From Podarcis erhardii (lineage: Eukaryota), in NCBI GenBank assembly GCA_964252035.1, contig OZ176201.1: a DNA stretch of 64,000 nt; one strand, written 5' to 3'. This document shows, piece by piece, positions 63,081 to 64,000 of the stretch (within the stretch, counting starts at the first letter, position 1; the number at the start of each line of letters is the position of its first letter). Made by a program: the position numbers and the translations under genes. The notes under the pieces are model-generated. The model had not been told where the DNA came from, searched no databases, and saw nothing but the letters and a program-made list of their open reading frames with translations.

Positions 63081-64000
63081 ATGGGCGCCAAAGTTGATGA
63101 GGAACATGGCAGGAGTGTTTGTGGGTCAAATTTGCCAGCAATTTGTGAGGTTTAAAAGCATAATGTGGAGGGAGGAGTTAATTCTTTATTCCATGCTCCG
63201 TGAAAATTGCTCCCCAAGCTACTATTTTCGCAGTAGGGAAAAACATACAGGTATGATTTTGGTAGAGAAGTGTTTTTGAAGAGGGTTGTGGTTTTTTCCC
63301 CAGGAGACAAATTTATTAACCCAGGTAGTTTAAAGCTGAACACATTTCAGGCAATGAAGCTGAAATCAGAATAAGAATAGCTTACGTGTTGTACATGTGA
63401 TGCTAGAATGACAGGGTTTTTTAAAGATTTTTAATTGCATCTCTGAGTTTTCTGTCACTTAAAATGCATTGCCTTAAAATCTGTACATTGTCAGGATTGC
63501 AAAAATAGCCCCCTTTTGATATATTGAAGGAGGGGAGGTTTGATTCAAAATTTATTTTGTTTAATAAAATGTATATAACCATTTGATTGTAAAAACAAAC
63601 CTCAAAGCAGTTAACAAAATAAAATGATCTAAATAAACAATTTACCATTTTGTGAATGAAATGTATCCCTCATATATAAAAGGAAAGGCTATTTTTAATT
63701 CTTTCTTTTTCATTCCGTATTACAGCAACACACAGGATGATCATCAGATGGACATGGTGTAGCTCCCTTTTATTAGCTTTATTCACAGGAATGCAGTGGC
63801 CCATCAATCCTCAGCAACACATTCCACATTGAAGATGGTATATTTCTCACACCTGTGACATTCTGCACCAACTTTCAATATCACTGTTGTATTGTATTGG
63901 GCTCTGCCACTTTTTTTTCTGATTGATGTGCTGATCTACATGTATGTTGCTACTTGTTTTGGCTATTGATAATATTTGTCGTGTTGTTAAGTTTAAATCA

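Overview
Vertebrate genomic DNA, most likely from a squamate reptile. The four Sauria-type SINEs resemble lacertid lizard copies, but the species assignment is inference. The window holds the 3' two-thirds of a netrin-1 gene (NTN1) on the minus strand. Five coding exons were resolved with GT-AG boundaries: 52458-52646, 36163-36312, 34712-34765, 18872-18946 and 6422-6750, with the TAG stop at 6422-6424. They encode laminin-EGF repeats V-2 and V-3, the linker and the NTR/C345C domain. The 54-bp linker exon is not represented in the supplied ORF track. The large N-terminal coding exon lies beyond the right edge, and the 3' UTR runs leftwards from 6421 with an undetermined end. The rest is intronic or UTR/intergenic DNA carrying four young Sauria SINEs with target-site duplications, other tRNA-derived SINEs, CR1 and L2 fragments, several intact non-autonomous DNA transposons, a perfect 102-bp tandem duplication and microsatellites. 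I found no convincing novel protein-coding system. The best leads are structural or regulatory: a composite hAT element with an internal second terminal repeat, a MITE carrying a pre-miRNA-like hairpin, inverted SINE pairs flanking frame-symmetric exons, and motif clusters in introns. All coordinates were read by eye and no database searches were run.
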